A stretch of DNA of 64,000 nucleotides from Centroscyllium fabricii (lineage: Eukaryota), in contig JBNRSN020000011.1 in assembly GCA_051313645.2 (NCBI GenBank), forward strand, positions 119,660,001 through 119,724,000, given 5' to 3'. The notes below the pieces were generated by a model. The model saw nothing but the letters and a program-made list of their open reading frames with translations. It did no database searches and was not told where the DNA came from. A program made the position numbers and the translations under genes. Numbering within the stretch: position 1 is the stretch's first letter; each line of letters opens with the position of its first letter. Shown piece after piece: positions 61,364 through 64,000 of this stretch.

Positions 61364-62250
61364 AGTCTTTCCCTGCGGCGCCGACTCCGCTCTAATGGTG
61401 AGATGCCTGTGCGGCCCAACTGCATGGGTTCGGGACCCCCTGACGTAGCCGAATCTCTGGGCGCCACGAATCCCTCCTGAACCCGTCTAACAGGATGCCG
61501 ACCTGTTGTTCCCAGTCCTCTCTCACGCTGCCGTGCTTGGATCCGTAGATCGATCCTAGTGGCTAGGCTGATGAGATCATCCAAGGTGGAAGGGAGATCA
61601 TGTGACACCAACTCATCCTTGATGTACCCTGCCAATCCATGAAGGAAAACCTCACATAGGGCAGCCATGTTCCAATTGCTCAGACGAGCCTTAATGCGAA
61701 AATCAATGGCGTAATCAACCACAGCCTGATTACCCTGGCTCATGCTCATGAGCCCCTCAGCCGCTTCAGCCCCAAAGGCTACCTTGCCAAAAACCCTTCT
61801 TAACTCATCTGAAAATGTCCTGAACGAACTGCATGCCTGAGTATCTCTCTCCCACTCGGCTGTTCCCCAGAGTCTAGCTCTCCCAGAGAGATAGTCTATC
61901 ACAAAAGCTACCCTTGCCTTTTCGCTGGCAAAGGTGCGAGGTTGTAAAGAAAAAAGGATAGAGCAGTTTGTAATAAATGGGTCGCACTGTTCTGGTTCAC
62001 CGGCATAACGTTCCGGTACCCCGACTCGGGGCTCGGGTGTGATGCTCTGTAGGAGAGGCATGGAAGCTGATTCTGATGTTGAGACCGGTTCAGGTGTGGA
62101 AGAAGTCCCTGCCTGGTCCGATGCTGCGAGCGACCTCCAGTCGGAGGTTAGCTGTTCCATTTTAGAAAACATCTCCCCAAAGGCCCGACCCTGATGTGCT
62201 AGGACCTCCTCAATGCGTGCCAGACGTCCCGGTGTGTCCGCTGGGTTCAT
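61294..62250 (-). CDS. gag of the sushi-like element
   Basis: [17 protein letters not shown] knuckle [14 protein letters not shown]; overlaps pol in the -1 frame. Confidence 0.92.
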   Translation of the reverse strand: MNPADTPGRLARIEEVLAHQGRAFGEMFSKMEQLTSDWRSLAASDQAGTSSTPEPVSTSESASMPLLQSITPEPRVGVPERYAGEPEQCDPFITNCSILFSLQPRTFASEKARVAFVIDYLSGRARLWGTAEWERDTQACSSFRTFSDELRRVFGKVAFGAEAAEGLMSMSQGNQAVVDYAIDFRIKARLSNWNMAALCEVFLHGLAGYIKDELVSHDLPSTLDDLISLATRIDLRIQARQRERGLGTTGRHPVRRVQEGFVAPRDSATSGGPEPMQLGRTGISPLERSRRRRERLCLYCGQAGHFVFQCPVKDQTHQ

Positions 62251-64000
62251 GATTTGGTCGGATTGTTCTGTAAGGGTTCGGTTTGAACCCAATTGCAGAA
62301 CACCGGAGTCTGTCTATTAGAAATAAAGTGCTTTATTCCTAAGTATCAAAACATGCAAATATCTCAATATACAGAGAGCATTAATCACAGTGCAATAACA
62401 ATGAATGAAATAGTCAAATATCCCGAGTGCCGGTAAACAGCAGTTCAAAAGTCCAAACCCAAGTTCAGGTGGTTGTAGTAACAAGGCCCAAAGCCTGGTG
62501 CAGAAGTACTCCCAGTAATCCACAGTCCAGAGGAGATGACTCCTTGTTCCGAGTACAGCAAGTAATCCAACTCGACAGAAAACTGGTAATCCAAAAACGA
62601 CTGGAATAGAACTCAATATGATATACCAAATAACAGGATACAGAAACACTGAACACTTCAACAAGTGACATGAGAAATAACAATCCGACAAGGCCAAAAG
62701 GCCAGCAGGTGGTTTATATCTAGCTCAAGTTAAACAGTATGCTAGGAGTTGACCAATCAGATGTGAATACATAACAACAGGTAATAATCCAATAACTGAA
62801 AGAAGCCTAGAGATTTAAAGCGACAGTCCACCCATGACAGTAGGGGTACCTGATGATAGGCACTCTTTAAATCATAGGTTGAATACACTTTGTATTCAGC
62901 CAGTTTATTAACCATGTCATCAATGCGTGGCAATGGGTAGGCGTCCAGGTCAGTATATTGATTGACGGTTTGAGAGTAATCAATGCATAGTCATTTTTTG
63001 TGAGGTTTTAGAGGGTTCTTAACGATGACGATTTGAGCCCGCCAGGGCGATGAACATGGACGAATGATGTCCTCTGCTAAAAGACGAGAGATTTCTGTCT
63101 CAATGAAAGATTGATCTTCCTGACTGAAGCGTCGAGATTTGGTTATTATTGGTTTGCATTGAGGAGGAATACTGGCAAATAGTGAAGGTTCATCAAGTGA
63201 GGCTGCTGACAGTGCACAAAATGGTGATTTAGACGGTATATTAGAAATAGTAAGTCCAGGTTTGGATCCGCCGAACTCAATGATGAGTTTTTTATGCTGT
63301 TTTTGAAAATCCAGCCCTAGGATAAGATCACTACATACGTCCTTGAGCACTGAGAGCCAAGTGGAGGGATACATGCGGCCATTAAGTGTCATGTCAATAA
63401 TACAAAAGCCGGAGATTCTGGTATTAAGTGATGACTGAGCCATTGCAATTGCCTGGTTCGATGGGAAGACATGTAGTTTCAATTTCTCAACAATCTGTTT
63501 TCTAATGAAACTATCAGTACTTCCTGAGTCAATTAAGGCATCAAAGGTATGCCTATTAATCGAGACTTTTGTGGCTGCATGAAATAAATTTTGAGGGCAG
63601 GCAGCTGTAATTGGTGTGGTTGCACAGAGGGAGGCTATAATTCTAGCTGTGTTTCTTCGAGAGGGAGCTCGATAGGTCCTAGCTGGAGCATCTTGATAGG
63701 CCCTATTTGGGGCAGCTCGGTAGGCCTTGGCTTGATAGGCCCTCGTAGAGGCTCTTGATTTGCAAACTTTTGCAAAGTGTTCCTTTTTTCTGCAATGACT
63801 GCAGATTGCATTGCGAGCAGGGCAGAATTTCCTAGGGTGGAAAGAGTCTCCACAAAAGAAGCATTCCTCCTCATCACTGAACTCATCAGGACTAGATTCT
63901 TCCATGATAGGGTCCACCCGAGGCCCCTTGAATGTTTTGATTGTAGTTGCAGCAGCAGTTCGAGATCTGGGCAGCTGATAGAGGGCTGATTTTTTTTTTG

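Larger units (their letters stand above)
57158..62839 (-). mobile_element. Very young full-length sushi/Tf1-like chromovirus Gypsy
   Basis: 571-bp LTRs 57158-57728 and 62269-62839 with one difference seen; 5-bp TSD GTAGG; G-rich PPT. Confidence 0.97.
54585..64000 (-). mobile_element. Gypsy LTR retrotransposon running off the window (3' LTR 54585-54798; pol 54817-57157 and 62840-63917)
   Basis: Zn knuckles CFFCG and CSHC, LIDSGS, PWRAQ, LPFG, YLDN, ECDAS, SDRG; in-frame stops at 62991 and 55360; RT split by the sushi-like element. Confidence 0.92.

Noticed and set aside
61294-62292. Domesticated PEG10/RTL-like gene
   Set aside because: Flanked by near-identical LTRs and a TSD, so it is a recent transposon copy

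Overview
Eukaryotic DNA, almost certainly from a cartilaginous fish (HE1-type V-SINEs paired with CR1/HER1 LINE tails, a Deu-domain SINE, Penelope-type hammerhead ends). The window is mostly a nested stack of transposable elements, with assembly gaps at 20588-21137 and 23042-23241. It holds CR1, L2 and Rex1 LINEs and four PIF/Harbinger elements. One Harbinger (6659-13751) is full length, with perfect 15-bp TIRs, an ACA TSD, a transposase ORF and a spliced Myb/SANT gene. There are several MITEs, Gypsy LTR retrotransposons of at least four types (Mag-like, CsRn1-like, an unassigned one, and a very young self-priming sushi/Tf1-like chromovirus), solo LTRs, and a 26-bp minisatellite. The small islands of unique DNA contain phase-compatible minus-strand exon candidates (49941 to 21936) that could encode a small secreted Cys-containing protein with loose GM-CSF/short-chain-cytokine-like features. 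This is the most interesting signal but is unverified. Other highlights are a Penelope hammerhead hairpin whose loop copies 21 nt from about 830 bp away, and a 5S-headed SINE candidate with a Rex1-like tail. All family assignments are from motif recognition by eye; no database search was run.
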